From the NCBI GenBank assembly GCA_047638715.1, contig JBLIMK010000001.1, forward strand, positions 32,729 to 96,728: 64,000 bases of DNA. The letters are read 5' to 3'. Within the stretch, counting starts at the first letter, position 1; every line of letters starts with the position of its first letter. Shown here in pieces: positions 1-11,300 of this stretch. The DNA is from Verrucomicrobiales bacterium (GTDB lineage: Bacteria; Actinomycetota; Acidimicrobiia; Acidimicrobiales; SHLQ01). The notes beneath the pieces were generated by a model that saw only the letters and a list, made by a program, of their open reading frames with translations, was not told the DNA's origin and ran no database searches. Made by a program: the position numbers and the translations under genes.

Positions 1-1740
1 TTCGACGCAACGGGCAGAGTCGGGGATGACACCCTCCTTGCCTTCACGCAGTCCTGGGATCTCGCGGAACTGTCGACGAACCTCTTCGATCATCTCGTAT
101 GCAGCACGGCCGACGGCATCGATTGTTAGTGCAGCGAAGAGGAACGGCAGCGCCGCCCCGATGAAGAGGCCGGTGAAGACACTCACGTCACCAATGTCGA
201 GACTGAGCGTTCCGCCGGCCTGGATGACGGCAAACTCGAAGCTCTTGAAGAGCGCGAGTGCGGTGAGTGCAGCCGAACCAACAGCGAAGCCCTTTGCGAC
301 GGCAGCGGTGGTGTTTCCGAGTGAGTCGAGGGCGTCGGTGACTTCTCGAACCGAAGGATCGAGGTTAGCCATCTCGGCAATTCCGCCGGCGTTGTCGGCG
401 ATTGGACCGTATGCATCAACGGACACGACCACACCGGTTGTGGCGAGCATGCCGATCGCTGCGACAGCGATGCCGTAGATACCGCCGTCGAGAGCGCCGA
501 TGCTGTCAAAGGCGATTTCGCCGCCCCAGAACGCCACACCGATGCCTGCGAGGATCAGCGCCACCGAGGCTGCTACCGAAGTCATTCCAGCTGAGATGCC
601 GCTCAGGATGGTGGTCGCTGGACCGGTCTTGGTCTGCTCGGCGATCTTCTTCACGGGACCGTAGTGCTCGGACGTGTAGTACTCGGCCGTTTTGCCGAGA
701 GCCCAGCCTGCGACGAGCCCGCCGATGACCGCAATGGCAAGGCCGATCGGGTTATCGAACGCATCGTTGTCGCCGAACATCCAGTACGCGATGCCGAAAG
801 TTGCAACTGCGGTGAGCCCCATAGCGGCATTGGTACCGAGGTGAAGCGCCTTTGACAGGGCCTTTGAGTCGTTCGAGTCGCCGCCCTTGATCAGGAACGA
901 ACCAATGATGGAGGCGATCATGCCGACAAAGGCGATCGCAACGGGGAACATGAGCAACGAAATGTTCGTCGTGGACGTGGCGTCTTCGGCGCTGAGGGCC
1001 AAGGCGAATGCCACGAGTGAGATCGGTGCGATGATCGACCCTGCGTAGGATTCGAAGAGGTCGGCACCCATGCCGGCGACGTCGCCGACGTTGTCGCCCA
1101 CGTTGTCGGCAATGGTTGCGGGGTTACGGGGATCATCTTCGGGAATTCCGGCTTCGACCTTGCCGACAAGGTCAGCGCCAACGTCAGCCGCTTTGGTAAA
1201 GATACCGCCGCCGACACGACTGAAGAGAGCGATCGTGGATGCGCCGAGGCCATATGCCGTAACGACTTCGAATGCGTCGTTCACTTCGAGAACAAGGACG
1301 AACAGGATGTACACGAACATCAACCCGGCGAGCGCCAAGCCTGCAACGGAGAAGCCCATTACAGCGCCACCGCGGAAAGCGATAGGAAGAGCCTTGCCCG
1401 GTCCTTCCTTTGCGGCTTCGGTCGTGCGAGCGTTGGCCATGGTGGCAACGGTCATGCCGACATAACCAGCTCCGGCGGAAAGTGAAGCGCCGAGCAGATA
1501 GGCAAGCGCTGCGAGGGGAGCGATGACGATGGCGAGGAGAATGGCCATCGCCACGGCGAATCCAGACACCCAGGTGTATTCCTCTTTGAGGAACGCCTTT
1601 GCTCCCTTCTGGATCTCGGTCATAAGGAAGACCATGCGGTCGTCGCCAGGGCTCGCGGCCTTGACGGTGGTGTAAAAGTAGCCGGCGACACCGAGTGCGG
1701 CGAGTGCCGACACCAGTGCCAGGTAGGGGATTGCATCCAA
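1..1740 (-). CDS. hppA: Membrane-bound H+-translocating pyrophosphatase (partial; C-terminal part lies beyond the window start)
   Basis: Open minus-strand frame running off the window edge, so it is absent from the ORF track. TTG start at 1740-1738. N-terminus reads LDAIPYLALV...EIQKGAKAFLKEEY. In-frame signature TIADNVGDNVGDVAGMGADLFESY around 1040-1110 is diagnostic of H+/Na+-PPases. Confidence 0.9.
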   Translation of the reverse strand, partial: MDAIPYLALVSALAALGVAGYFYTTVKAASPGDDRMVFLMTEIQKGAKAFLKEEYTWVSGFAVAMAILLAIVIAPLAALAYLLGASLSAGAGYVGMTVATMANARTTEAAKEGPGKALPIAFRGGAVMGFSVAGLALAGLMFVYILFVLVLEVNDAFEVVTAYGLGASTIALFSRVGGGIFTKAADVGADLVGKVEAGIPEDDPRNPATIADNVGDNVGDVAGMGADLFESYAGSIIAPISLVAFALALSAEDATSTTNISLLMFPVAIAFVGMIASIIGSFLIKGGDSNDSKALSKALHLGTNAAMGLTAVATFGIAYWMFGDNDAFDNPIGLAIAVIGGLVAGWALGKTAEYYTSEHYGPVKKIAEQTKTGPATTILSGISAGMTSVAASVALILAGIGVAFWGGEIAFDSIGALDGGIYGIAVAAIGMLATTGVVVSVDAYGPIADNAGGIAEMANLDPSVREVTDALDSLGNTTAAVAKGFAVGSAALTALALFKSFEFAVIQAGGTLSLDIGDVSVFTGLFIGAALPFLFAALTIDAVGRAAYEMIEEVRRQFREIPGLREGKEGVIPDSARCVE

Positions 1741-1862
1741 GGTTCGTATCTCCGTGCTCTCGTCGTACCGTGTATTAGTACGACCGGTAAGTGTCCCAGA
1801 CGTTGGGCGCGTGCCCCACATTCATGTGTGTGTCGTGGGACACGCCAGCGGAAAGGGGACTC

Positions 1863-2441
1863 ATGAACAATAGCCGAACATCACTCCGACACGGATTGAT
1901 GCACGCACGTCGTTTGCTCGATGCGGCGACGCAGCAGGCTGCGGCTGAAGATATTGTTGCGCCCGTGCTCGACTCGGTTCCCTTGACACCGGGCTCGGTG
2001 GGCGGATATGTGGCCCACGCTGGTGAGCTCGACTGCACGTTGGTTTTGTCCGCTCTAGGCGATCTCGGGTGGAATGTGGCGCTGCCGGTCTGTGGCGACG
2101 ATGCGACCATGGAGTTCTGTCCCTGGGAGCCGGGTGACCAGCTCGAGCCGAATCGTTATGGCATCGGCGAGCCATCGACCGGGCCCCTCGCCATCGACTC
2201 GATCGACGTGGTCCTTGTGCCAGGTGTTGGATTCGATCCGACCGGGACCCGCATTGGACATGGTGTTGGGTACTACGACCGATATTTTGCGCGCTGCTCG
2301 GCCGCCGACCACGATCCGCTTCGCCTTGGGCTCGCGCACGACCTCCAAGTGATCGAACTGCCGCCCCCAGAATCGTGGGATGTCTCTATGCATCGGGTCA
2401 TTACGCCGTCCAAGGTGCTAGACACGGGATCGTGCGCGTAA
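1863..2441 (+). CDS. 5-formyltetrahydrofolate cyclo-ligase
   Basis: Motifs VLVPGVGFDPTGTRIGHGVGYYDRYF typical of the MTHFS family. ATG at 1863 is preceded by AAAGGGGA. The ORF-track start at 1791 is probably too long. Confidence 0.8.
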   Translation: MNNSRTSLRHGLMHARRLLDAATQQAAAEDIVAPVLDSVPLTPGSVGGYVAHAGELDCTLVLSALGDLGWNVALPVCGDDATMEFCPWEPGDQLEPNRYGIGEPSTGPLAIDSIDVVLVPGVGFDPTGTRIGHGVGYYDRYFARCSAADHDPLRLGLAHDLQVIELPPPESWDVSMHRVITPSKVLDTGSCA

Positions 2442-3775
2442 TCGTCGTCGGAGCCGGTGAAGTCGGTTCCTATATCGCAGAGCGTCTCAGCCGCCAGGGA
2501 ATCGACGTCTATGTCGTCGAACGTGATGCCAAGAAGGCGGCCCATCTCGCCGAAACCGTCGACGTCGAGGTCATCACTGGATCGGGCACGCACCCATCCA
2601 TCCTGGCACTGGCCGGCGTCGACTCCGCTGATCTGCTGGTCGCTGTGACCAAGAGCGACGAGGTCAACCTCATCGCGTCGATGCTCGCAAAGGAAGCCGA
2701 CGTGCCGCGGACGATCGTTCGCCTCGAGGCGCCTGAGCTTCGCGGTCGCGACGCTGCCGCACTCCGCCGTGCATCGAGAGCCGATCTCTTCATCGACCCG
2801 GATGAAGAGACAGCCCAGGAAGTGCTCTCGCTCATCGAGATGCCGGGTGCGTCAGAGGTCGCCAAACTCGGAAACGGCGAAGTTGTCGTGATCGGCGCAC
2901 GCGTGCCAGTAGACGCTCCGATCGTGGGAAAGTCCCTGATCGAAATCGGCCTTGAGAATGAGCCTGAATGGGACTTCATCGTGTCCACTATTCGACGCGG
3001 CGAAGAGACCGTCATTCCCCGTGGCGACTACACGATCGAAGCCAACGACCTCGTCCGCATCGTCTGTAAACGCTCGGCTCGCCGCAAGGTTGCGAAGCTT
3101 CTCGGCTTAGCCCGTGACGTCCCGCGCGAGATTTTGCTGCTCGGCGGCGGCAGGACAGCGACTCTCGTCGCCCAAAAACTGAGTCTGACCGGGGCACGGG
3201 TGCAGATGATCGAACGCGATCCTGAGCGCGCACGCCAGCTCGCGGAACAACTCGACGGGGTCCGAGTACTGAATGGCGACATCACCGACTCCGACGTCCT
3301 CGACGAAGCAGATTTGCCGCGCATCGAACTCGTCGCAGCTCTGACCGGGGAAGACGACGCGAATGTTCTGGCTTCGGTGTACGCAAAGTCCGCTGGAGTT
3401 CCCGAGACGATCGCTGTGGTCCATCGTCTGAACTTTCTTTCACTGCTCGACCAGGTCGGCGTCGACGCCGCGCTGTCACCGCGAACAGCGACGGCCAACG
3501 GTGTCCTTCGGTTCGTTCGTGGCGACGTGGCGCAGGTCGCCACGTTCTTGCAGGGAGAAGTCGAGCTGCTCGAGTTCGAGCTGCACAGCGGCTCGGCCGC
3601 AGATGGACAGACGATCGCCGAACTGAAGTTGCCGCGAGATGTGCTGATAGCCGCCATCGTGCGCGATGGTCGTTCCCAGATCGCTCGTGGCAGAACCACC
3701 CTTCGTAAGGGTGACCACGTCATCGTTATCGCCGAACCGGAGTCCGTTGACAAAGTCGCTGGCATCCTGGATTGA
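2432..3775 (+). CDS. trkA: Trk system potassium uptake protein TrkA (two RCK/NAD-binding halves)
   Basis: Two Rossmann motifs: VIVVGAGEVGSYIAERL and ILLLGGGRTATLVAQKL. The GTG at 2432 gives a canonical N-terminus and overlaps the upstream stop. Length is about 447 aa. Confidence 0.9.
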   Translation: MRVIVVGAGEVGSYIAERLSRQGIDVYVVERDAKKAAHLAETVDVEVITGSGTHPSILALAGVDSADLLVAVTKSDEVNLIASMLAKEADVPRTIVRLEAPELRGRDAAALRRASRADLFIDPDEETAQEVLSLIEMPGASEVAKLGNGEVVVIGARVPVDAPIVGKSLIEIGLENEPEWDFIVSTIRRGEETVIPRGDYTIEANDLVRIVCKRSARRKVAKLLGLARDVPREILLLGGGRTATLVAQKLSLTGARVQMIERDPERARQLAEQLDGVRVLNGDITDSDVLDEADLPRIELVAALTGEDDANVLASVYAKSAGVPETIAVVHRLNFLSLLDQVGVDAALSPRTATANGVLRFVRGDVAQVATFLQGEVELLEFELHSGSAADGQTIAELKLPRDVLIAAIVRDGRSQIARGRTTLRKGDHVIVIAEPESVDKVAGILD

Positions 3776-5268
3776 TGGTTGACGAACGGGTCGTGCGTCG
3801 TTCCGCCGGCACGACGCACGTCTTGCCGCTGCCACTCGGCGTCGGCCTCGGCGCTGGTGGCGTGTGCGTCACACTTTCCGCGGCCGTTGGTCTGATCGGC
3901 GACGGAGACAACTTTGCCCAGACCCGAGTTGCCGAACTGACCCTTGGCATGACGGCAATCTTGATCGGCTATGCGATTTCGCGTCTGCAGTCGAAACAAA
4001 CCATCACCAGGACTGCAGCGATGTCGATGTTCGTCGTCGGCTGGGTCGGTATGAACGCGGTCGCGGTTGCGTCGTTCTGGCTCTCGGGCGAGCTTGCGTC
4101 GCCACTCGACGCCGTCTTCGAGGCTGTCAGCGCCTCCACGACGACGGGATTCACGACCGTCGCTGATCCAGAGAGCCTGTCGTATTCACTGCGGTTCCTT
4201 CGGGTGTCGATGCCATGGGCCACCGGGTTGGGTGTCCTGCTGGTGAGTATGGGCGTGCTTCCAGCGGCGGTAGCCGGCGCCGAGCTCTTGCCCGAGCGCC
4301 AGTTGCTGGGTCGGCGACAACTCGTTACGACCGTGCGAACCGCAGTGCGGAACATTCTGGCGCTCTATCTTCTGCTGACGATCTCGCTTGGAATCGCATA
4401 TCTGGCAGCGGGGATGAACCTCTTCGACGGCATTAGCTACGCCCTGTCGACCGCGTCCACCGGCGGCATGGCCAACCACGCTGATTCGATCGGCTATTTC
4501 GACAGCACCGTGATCGAGTGGATCGCGACGGCCGGCATGATCGCAGCCGGAGGCAACCTTCTGGTCGTGTGGTGGGCGTTTCGCGGTCGCTTTGAATCGG
4601 TCTGGCGCTCGACGGAACTACGCCTGTATGCGTCGTTGCTGGTCATTGGATTCGTGTTCGTCCGATTCGGCGGCTCAGGTCTGGGTTCCTCGGATTCGGC
4701 ACTCGCCATCTCGTCGATGTTGTCGACCACCGGCTTTCGTTCAGCGAACTGGGCTGCTGGATCCGAGTTCACGCGAGCGGTGCTACTGGTCGCTGCAGGA
4801 ATCGGGGCGATGAGCGGCTCGGTCGGGAGCGGGTTCCGCCAAGCGCGGGTCGCCCGTATCGCCCTCGAGGTTCGACGTAGTCTTCAACACCTGTTGAGCC
4901 CCCATCGGGTGAGCATCCTCCGTATCGATGGGGTAGCGGTCAAGGAGGGCTCCCTCGAAATGACCTACGGCTATCTGTGGATGCACGGCTTCACCTTGGC
5001 CGGAATCTCGGTCCTGTTGTACGCCAAGGATCTCGATATCATCGCCACGCTCTCGTTCGCGATCGGACTGGTATCGAACGTGGGCGTGTTGGTGAATGGC
5101 GACCAGTTGCAATCACACGTCAATCTCTCGGGTTGGACCGAATTGGTTGCCTCGCTCGGGATGTTGCTCGGCCGTCTCTCGATCTACCCGGTCCTGCTCA
5201 CGATGACGGGACTTGGACGGTGGGCATCGCGACTCCGACCCCGTCAAGCGATCGGCGCAGGTAGCTGA
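3775..5268 (+). CDS. trkH: TrkH/KtrB-family potassium transporter subunit (paralog 1)
   Basis: Polytopic membrane protein with repeated selectivity-filter-like segments STTTGFTTV, STASTGGMAN and STTGFRSANW. Its start overlaps the trkA stop (TTGATG at 3772-3777). Confidence 0.85.
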   Translation: MVDERVVRRSAGTTHVLPLPLGVGLGAGGVCVTLSAAVGLIGDGDNFAQTRVAELTLGMTAILIGYAISRLQSKQTITRTAAMSMFVVGWVGMNAVAVASFWLSGELASPLDAVFEAVSASTTTGFTTVADPESLSYSLRFLRVSMPWATGLGVLLVSMGVLPAAVAGAELLPERQLLGRRQLVTTVRTAVRNILALYLLLTISLGIAYLAAGMNLFDGISYALSTASTGGMANHADSIGYFDSTVIEWIATAGMIAAGGNLLVVWWAFRGRFESVWRSTELRLYASLLVIGFVFVRFGGSGLGSSDSALAISSMLSTTGFRSANWAAGSEFTRAVLLVAAGIGAMSGSVGSGFRQARVARIALEVRRSLQHLLSPHRVSILRIDGVAVKEGSLEMTYGYLWMHGFTLAGISVLLYAKDLDIIATLSFAIGLVSNVGVLVNGDQLQSHVNLSGWTELVASLGMLLGRLSIYPVLLTMTGLGRWASRLRPRQAIGAGS

Positions 5269-6869
5269 TGCTCGAACCGCGAGCCGAGACGCGAAAGCCC
5301 AGCGGCTTTACCGCGCCGTCGCGTCGGCTTCCTTCCACCGTTGCCCACATCAGTGGGCTCGCCCTCTTGGTCGTCGCTCCCGGTTTGTTCATCAGCGCCA
5401 TCGTCGAATTCATCGGCGGTGGAGGTGCCGGTTGGATCTTGACCTTCTGTTCCCTGGTATTCGGCGTACTCGGCGGTGTGATGTGGTCGGGGACACGACT
5501 CGGCGATCTCGCGATCCGAACCGTCTTTGCCTCTGTCGCCTGGAGTTGGTTGTTGGTCTCGGTGCTGGGGGCGCTGCCCTTCGTGCTCGCTCGCACGTTC
5601 GAGCGAGACGGGGTGAGCCGCTGGGTCGAGCTTGCCGATGCAATTTTCGAATCGGTTTCGGGCTACACGTGCACAGGGTCGAGCGTGCTCACCGTGCTTC
5701 CAGATCTCGGCGAACCAGATCCAGCGGTCGGCAAGGGGATCCTCTTCTACCGCCAGTTGACACAGTGGTATGGCGGAATGGGTTTTGTTCAGCTCGTGAT
5801 CACGGTGCTTCCTGCGCTCGGCTCGAAGGCGCTCGGTTTCATGGGCGCAGAGGCCCCCGGACCTACCTCTGATCGGCTCGCTCCCCGGGCGGCTGATACA
5901 GCGAAGATTCTCTGGAAGTTGTACGTCGGCGGAACAGCGGTCATGGCAGTTGCATACGCAGCGGCAGGCATGTCGCCGTACGACGGCTTCGCCCATGCGC
6001 TCAGCACCGCTGCTACCGGCGGATTTAGTACCTACAACGACTCACTCGGAGAATTCGACTCGGTCCCGATCGAGATCGTTGCTCAGGTCTCGATGCTGTT
6101 CGGCGGCAGCAACTGGGCACTCCATTGGTTATTCCTGACCAAGAGTCGAAAGGTGTATGGACAAGATCATGAATTTCGCGCGTACATCGCGATCTACGTC
6201 GTTGCGACGATCGCGATCACCGCGATCTTGACGGCCGGTAGCGAGGTATCGGGTGGGTTCGGTGGCGCTCTGCGGGCTGCCTCTTTCAACGTGGCCAGCC
6301 TGGCGTCAAGTACCGGTTTCGGGAACGCCCAAGGCCCAGCAAGCGCTGGAAATATCGTCCTCTGGTCAGCTACACCTCTCGCGATCCTTCTGCTTTTGAT
6401 GGTGGTCGGAGGGATGTCGGGATCGACCGCCGGAGGCACAAAAGTGATTCGGTCTCGCGTCCTCGCCGCAGTAAGCCACCGGACGCTCGCTGTTGCTCGC
6501 CAGCCTCGTGCGGTCGTACCCGTGAAGTTGGGCGGCGACGTTGTCCCCGAAAGGGTCGTGCATCAAGTCTCGTTGTTCATGATGGCGTACTCCGCGCTGG
6601 TCGTCGGAGGATTCCTGGCGGTCACCTGGCTCGGGGGCGACGCGGAGGCGACGATCGCTGGCGTCATCGGCTCGCTCGGAAACATGGGTCCGGCCTTTGG
6701 CGAGGCTGGCCCGACAGCGACCTTCCACGCAGCATTTCCGACGCCAGCTCGGCTCGTACTAGCCTTCCTGATGCTCGTCGGGAGACTCGAGATCTTCGCC
6801 GTGCTGTTGATGTTTGCTGCTCCGCGCCGGAGTCTGCGCCAGATCAAACCGCACAAGAAATCGTTCTAG
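5268..6869 (+). CDS. trkH: TrkH/KtrB-family potassium transporter subunit (paralog 2)
   Basis: Motifs SGYTCTGSSVL, FYRQLTQWYGGMGFV, STAATGGFSTY and SSTGFGNA. The ATG at 5268 overlaps the stop of paralog 1 (TGATG). Confidence 0.85.
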   Translation: MLEPRAETRKPSGFTAPSRRLPSTVAHISGLALLVVAPGLFISAIVEFIGGGGAGWILTFCSLVFGVLGGVMWSGTRLGDLAIRTVFASVAWSWLLVSVLGALPFVLARTFERDGVSRWVELADAIFESVSGYTCTGSSVLTVLPDLGEPDPAVGKGILFYRQLTQWYGGMGFVQLVITVLPALGSKALGFMGAEAPGPTSDRLAPRAADTAKILWKLYVGGTAVMAVAYAAAGMSPYDGFAHALSTAATGGFSTYNDSLGEFDSVPIEIVAQVSMLFGGSNWALHWLFLTKSRKVYGQDHEFRAYIAIYVVATIAITAILTAGSEVSGGFGGALRAASFNVASLASSTGFGNAQGPASAGNIVLWSATPLAILLLLMVVGGMSGSTAGGTKVIRSRVLAAVSHRTLAVARQPRAVVPVKLGGDVVPERVVHQVSLFMMAYSALVVGGFLAVTWLGGDAEATIAGVIGSLGNMGPAFGEAGPTATFHAAFPTPARLVLAFLMLVGRLEIFAVLLMFAAPRRSLRQIKPHKKSF

Positions 6870-6904
6870 AGCGCGATTATAGCAATCGGGAAGTTCGCCT
6901 CTCG

Positions 6905-8188
6905 CTAGGACATGAGTTCGGCTAACAACAACGTCATATCCCAGGGGTCGTTCGTTCCAGCGAGCTCGCGGCACGAATGCATTGCGAGCTGTGGGCAACC
7001 AACGTCGAGGGCCCGTACTCCAAGCGAAGCCGAGACGGTCGGGCCGATGGTGGAGCCGCAGCCCATGTCCGTTCGGCTCACGAACTCCTGGGTCGACACA
7101 CCGGCGCGTTCAGCTGCCAAGCGAAATGCACCTTCGCTCATCGCGTCGGTCGTATACCGCTGATTGGCGTTGTGCTTGAGCACGGGCCCGGCGTTCATTG
7201 CAATGTGATGCGCAGGATCATGGCGTTCGGGATAGTTGGGGTGTGTCGCGTGAGCGTTGTCCGCGGAGACGAATAGCGACGCAGCAGAGGCGACAGCGAA
7301 CTCCGCCGGAGAAGCGCCGAGTTGACTCGAAATGGTCGTAAGTAGGCGGGGCAGTGCGCTGGTCGCAGCGCCCGTGGCGCTCACGGACCCGACCTCCTCA
7401 TGGTCGAACAACGCGACCATAGGGATCACATTATTCGGCGTCGTCCCGGCAAGAGCCGTGATCGCCGCATGACACGAGAGCTGATTGTCGAGCCGAGGAG
7501 CGCTGATGAACTCCTCATTGAGACCAATGAGTTGCGCTCGTTGTGTGTCGTGCAGCATGAGGTCCGCGCCGACAATGTCAGAACGCGAGACCCGGGCGGC
7601 CCCGGCGATCGCCTCCCATATCTCGCCTGACGATTCGGCGAGTCCGAAGATCGGACCGAGATGTTGTTGCGGATTCAGGAGCAGGCCCTTGTCACCAAGA
7701 TCGCGATCGAGATGGATTGCGAGCTGGGGTATTCGCAAGAGCGGCTCATCGATGGTGAGCAGGACAGATTCGACAGATTGTCCAGATCGAATAGCGAGGC
7801 GCCCCGACAGGCCGAGATCGCGGTCGAGCCACGAGTTCAATAAGACGCCACCATAGACCTCGACGCCGAGGCGGCGATAGCCGACGGCATCGGCGTTTGG
7901 TTCGGGCTTGAGTCGCAAATTCGGACTGTCGGTGTGGGCGCCCGTAATCCGAAATGGAGTGGATGCGCTGGCGTTGTCTGGCACGATCCACGCGATGATC
8001 GAGCCATCGCGAACGCTGTAGTACTTCCCGCTCCCCGCTTGTGATGCGCCTCCGGCCGCTGCCACGAATCCGGCTTTGACCAACATCTCTTGCGCCGATC
8101 CAACGACGTGAAAGGGGGACGGCGACGCGTCGATGAAACGCCCGAGCGCTTGGGCGTGGGCGGCATGGGAGTGCAGTTCTTGTGCCAT
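6905..8188 (-). CDS. apeB: M18-family aminopeptidase (aspartyl aminopeptidase-like)
   Basis: Motifs GAHTDSPNLRLKP, FDHEEVGS and NAHATHPNYPERHD (metal ligands) are typical of M18 aminopeptidase 2. Length is 427 aa. Confidence 0.85.
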   Translation of the reverse strand: MAQELHSHAAHAQALGRFIDASPSPFHVVGSAQEMLVKAGFVAAAGGASQAGSGKYYSVRDGSIIAWIVPDNASASTPFRITGAHTDSPNLRLKPEPNADAVGYRRLGVEVYGGVLLNSWLDRDLGLSGRLAIRSGQSVESVLLTIDEPLLRIPQLAIHLDRDLGDKGLLLNPQQHLGPIFGLAESSGEIWEAIAGAARVSRSDIVGADLMLHDTQRAQLIGLNEEFISAPRLDNQLSCHAAITALAGTTPNNVIPMVALFDHEEVGSVSATGAATSALPRLLTTISSQLGASPAEFAVASAASLFVSADNAHATHPNYPERHDPAHHIAMNAGPVLKHNANQRYTTDAMSEGAFRLAAERAGVSTQEFVSRTDMGCGSTIGPTVSASLGVRALDVGCPQLAMHSCRELAGTNDPWDMTLLLAELMS

Positions 8189-8320
8189 AAGTCCAGTCTT
8201 GCCGCTCGGTGGGTGTTGGTGTGACCACGGGCGGTCGATAGCGTTTCATGAATAGGCCCGGGCCAATGTCGTCCCAGCGTCGCAAACAAACGCTGCACTC
8301 ACCATTTTTGAGGAACGACG

Positions 8321-11300
8321 ATGACCATCGGACTGCCGCCGAGGCAGGGTCTCTATGACCCTGCGAATGAACACGACGCCTGTGGCCTCAACTTTGTCTG
8401 CGACATGAAGGGCCGAGCGAGCCATCGCATTGTCCAACATGCCCTCGGAGCTCTCTGTGCACTTGAGCATCGAGGTGCCGCTGGAGCCGATCCCGATGTC
8501 GGCGATGGCGCTGGAATCCTGACGCAGCTGCCCGACGCTTTTCTTCGAGAAGTTGTGGGCTTTGACTTGCCCGACGCTGGTCGGTATGCGACGGGCATCG
8601 CGTTCCTGCCCCAAGACCCACAGATCGCCGCTGCTGCGAAGGCTGAGATTCAACGGATCGCGGTCGAAGAGGGCCTCGTCGTCCTCGGGTGGCGCGATGT
8701 TCCGGTCGATCCCGATGTAATCGGTGCCGGGGCTCGGGTCACTATGCCATCGTTTAGCCAGCCGTTCTTCACACATTCGACCGGCACGCTCAGCGGTATC
8801 GATCTCGACCGTGTCATCTATATCGCTCGAAAGCGCTTTGAGCACGAGATTCATCTCGAGGCAGGAGCCGACGAGGTTAACGAGGCAATGGGTGGCGCTT
8901 CCTCGATGCACGATGGCGTCTATTTCCCGTCGTTGTCTACGCGAACGATCGTGTACAAAGGCATGCTCACAACGCCTCAACTCGGCGCCTTCTACCCGGA
9001 TCTCCGGGACCCTCGGTTTGCCTCGGCGATCGCGTTGGTCCATTCCCGTTTCAGCACGAATACGTTCCCATCGTGGCCGCTTGCGCACCCCTACCGACTC
9101 GTTGCACACAACGGCGAGATCAACACGATCAAGGGCAACCGGAACTGGATGCAGGCGCGTCAATCGGCGTTGTCGTCCGAGTTGTTCGGCGACCGGCTCG
9201 AGTCGGCCTTTCCAATCTGCACGCCCGGCGCATCCGATACAGCAGGCTTCGATGAATGCCTAGAGCTCCTCACACTTTCTGGATATTCGGTGCCCGAGGC
9301 GATCCTCATGATGATCCCGGAGCCCTGGGAGAACCATGCATCGATGAGCGAGGATCGTCGGGCCTTCTACGAGTACTTCTCAACCCTGATGGAACCATGG
9401 GACGGACCTGCCTCGGTCTCGTTCACCGACGGAACAGTGGTTGGAGCCGTACTCGACCGGAATGGCCTTCGACCATCGCGCTACTGGGTGACGAGTGACG
9501 ATCTCGTCATCATGGCGTCAGAGGTCGGCGTGGTCGACATCGATCCTTCGACGATCATCGAGAAGGGTCGCCTGGAACCGGGACGAATTTTCTTCATCGA
9601 CACCGAGCAGGGCCGGATCCTCCGCGACGACGAGATCAAGGCTGCAGTATCGGCCAAACGTCCCTACGCAGATCTCGTCTCGGCCGGTGTTACAAAGCTG
9701 GGTGATCTTCCTGTGCAGTCGAACGATCGTGGTTCGGAGGGCACACTCGAAACGCAGCAGATCGCATTCGGCTACACCCATGAAGATCTCAAGATGCTCG
9801 TCGCTCCGATGGTTGCGACCGGCAAGGAAGCCTTAGGGTCGATGGGGACCGACACTCCCATCGCTGCGCTGTCGCAACGCGCCCGGCTCCTTCCCGACTA
9901 TTTTCAGCAACTCTTTGCTCAGGTCACCAACCCGCCTCTCGATGCGATTCGTGAAGAGTTGGTCACCGCCGTCGGTACGACGATCGGTCCACGAGGAAAC
10001 CTGCTCGCACCAGGCTCGTCGGCTATTCGCCAAATCCACATCGATCATCCGGTGTTGTCGCCCGATGAGTTCGCCCGACTTCTGCCCACCGAAGATCCGG
10101 CATCGGGTTTGACCAGCGTCATCCTCGACATCGTCTTCCCATCCACGTCCGGAGCTGTGGGACTCGCAACTGCGCTCGATGGTCTTCGAAAAGCGGCCGA
10201 CAGGGCGATCACGAATGGCGCCGGGATCCTCATCCTGAGCGACCGTGTCGTCTCACCGAGTTTGGCTCCGATCCCGGCACTCCTCGCCACAGCGACCGTT
10301 CATCACCATCTCGTCGCGAACGGCACCCGTGGTCGAGCCGACATCGTTGTTGAAACTGGCGAAGCCCGCGAGGTCCATCACGTGGCAACGCTGCTTGGTT
10401 TCGGAGCGCGGGCGGTTCACCCGTACGTCGCCTTCGACACAATTATTGAGATGGCCCGAAGCGGCCAACATGGTTTGGATCTGTCAGCGGCCGACGCTCA
10501 GGAGAACTACATAAAGGCATTCGACAAGGGCCTCCTCAAGGTCATGTCCAAGATGGGTATCTCGACGGTGGCGTCCTATACCGGTGCGCAGATCTTTGAG
10601 GCGATCGGGTTGAGCAGCGAGCTGCTCGAGGAGTACTTCGGGGGGATGGTGAGCCGGCTGGGAGGCGTGGGGCTCGATATTCTTGTCCAGGAGGTCCTCG
10701 ACCGACACGATCGAGCGTTCCCAGCCAATAGCACGCATCGCGCCCATCGTTCACTCGAAGCGGGAGGCGAGTACCAGTGGCGTCGTGAAGGCGAATTCCA
10801 TCTTTTCAACCCGGACACCGTGTTCAAGCTGCAGCACGCAACTCGCGACCGTCGCTTCGACATCTTTCGGGAGTACACGGGATCGGTGAACGATCACGCT
10901 CGCAACCTCTCTACGTTGCGCGGTCTCTTCGCGTTCAAAGATGGCGTGCGGAGAGCGATTGCACTCGACGAGGTCGAGTCCGTCTCCGACATCGTCAAGC
11001 GGTTCTCCACGGGTGCCATGTCGTATGGATCGATCTCGGCCGAAGCGCACGAGACGCTCGCCATTGCGATGAACCGACTCGGGGCGAAATCGAACACAGG
11101 CGAAGGCGGCGAGGACGACGAACGCTTCGACCCAATGGCAAACGGTGATTCCAAGCGGTCGGCCATCAAACAGGTGGCATCGGGGCGTTTCGGCGTCACG
11201 TCGAACTACTTGGTGAACGCCGACGATCTACAGATCAAGATGGCGCAGGGAGCAAAGCCAGGCGAAGGCGGGCAGCTTCCTGGACACAAGGTGTATCCCT

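Noticed and set aside
26-1465. Plus-strand ORFs (26-478, 402-728, 1070-1465) rich in Ala/Ser/Pro/Arg at the window start.
   Set aside because: They overlap the minus-strand H+-pyrophosphatase frame, which carries the DNVGDNVGD signature. They are low-complexity shadow ORFs.
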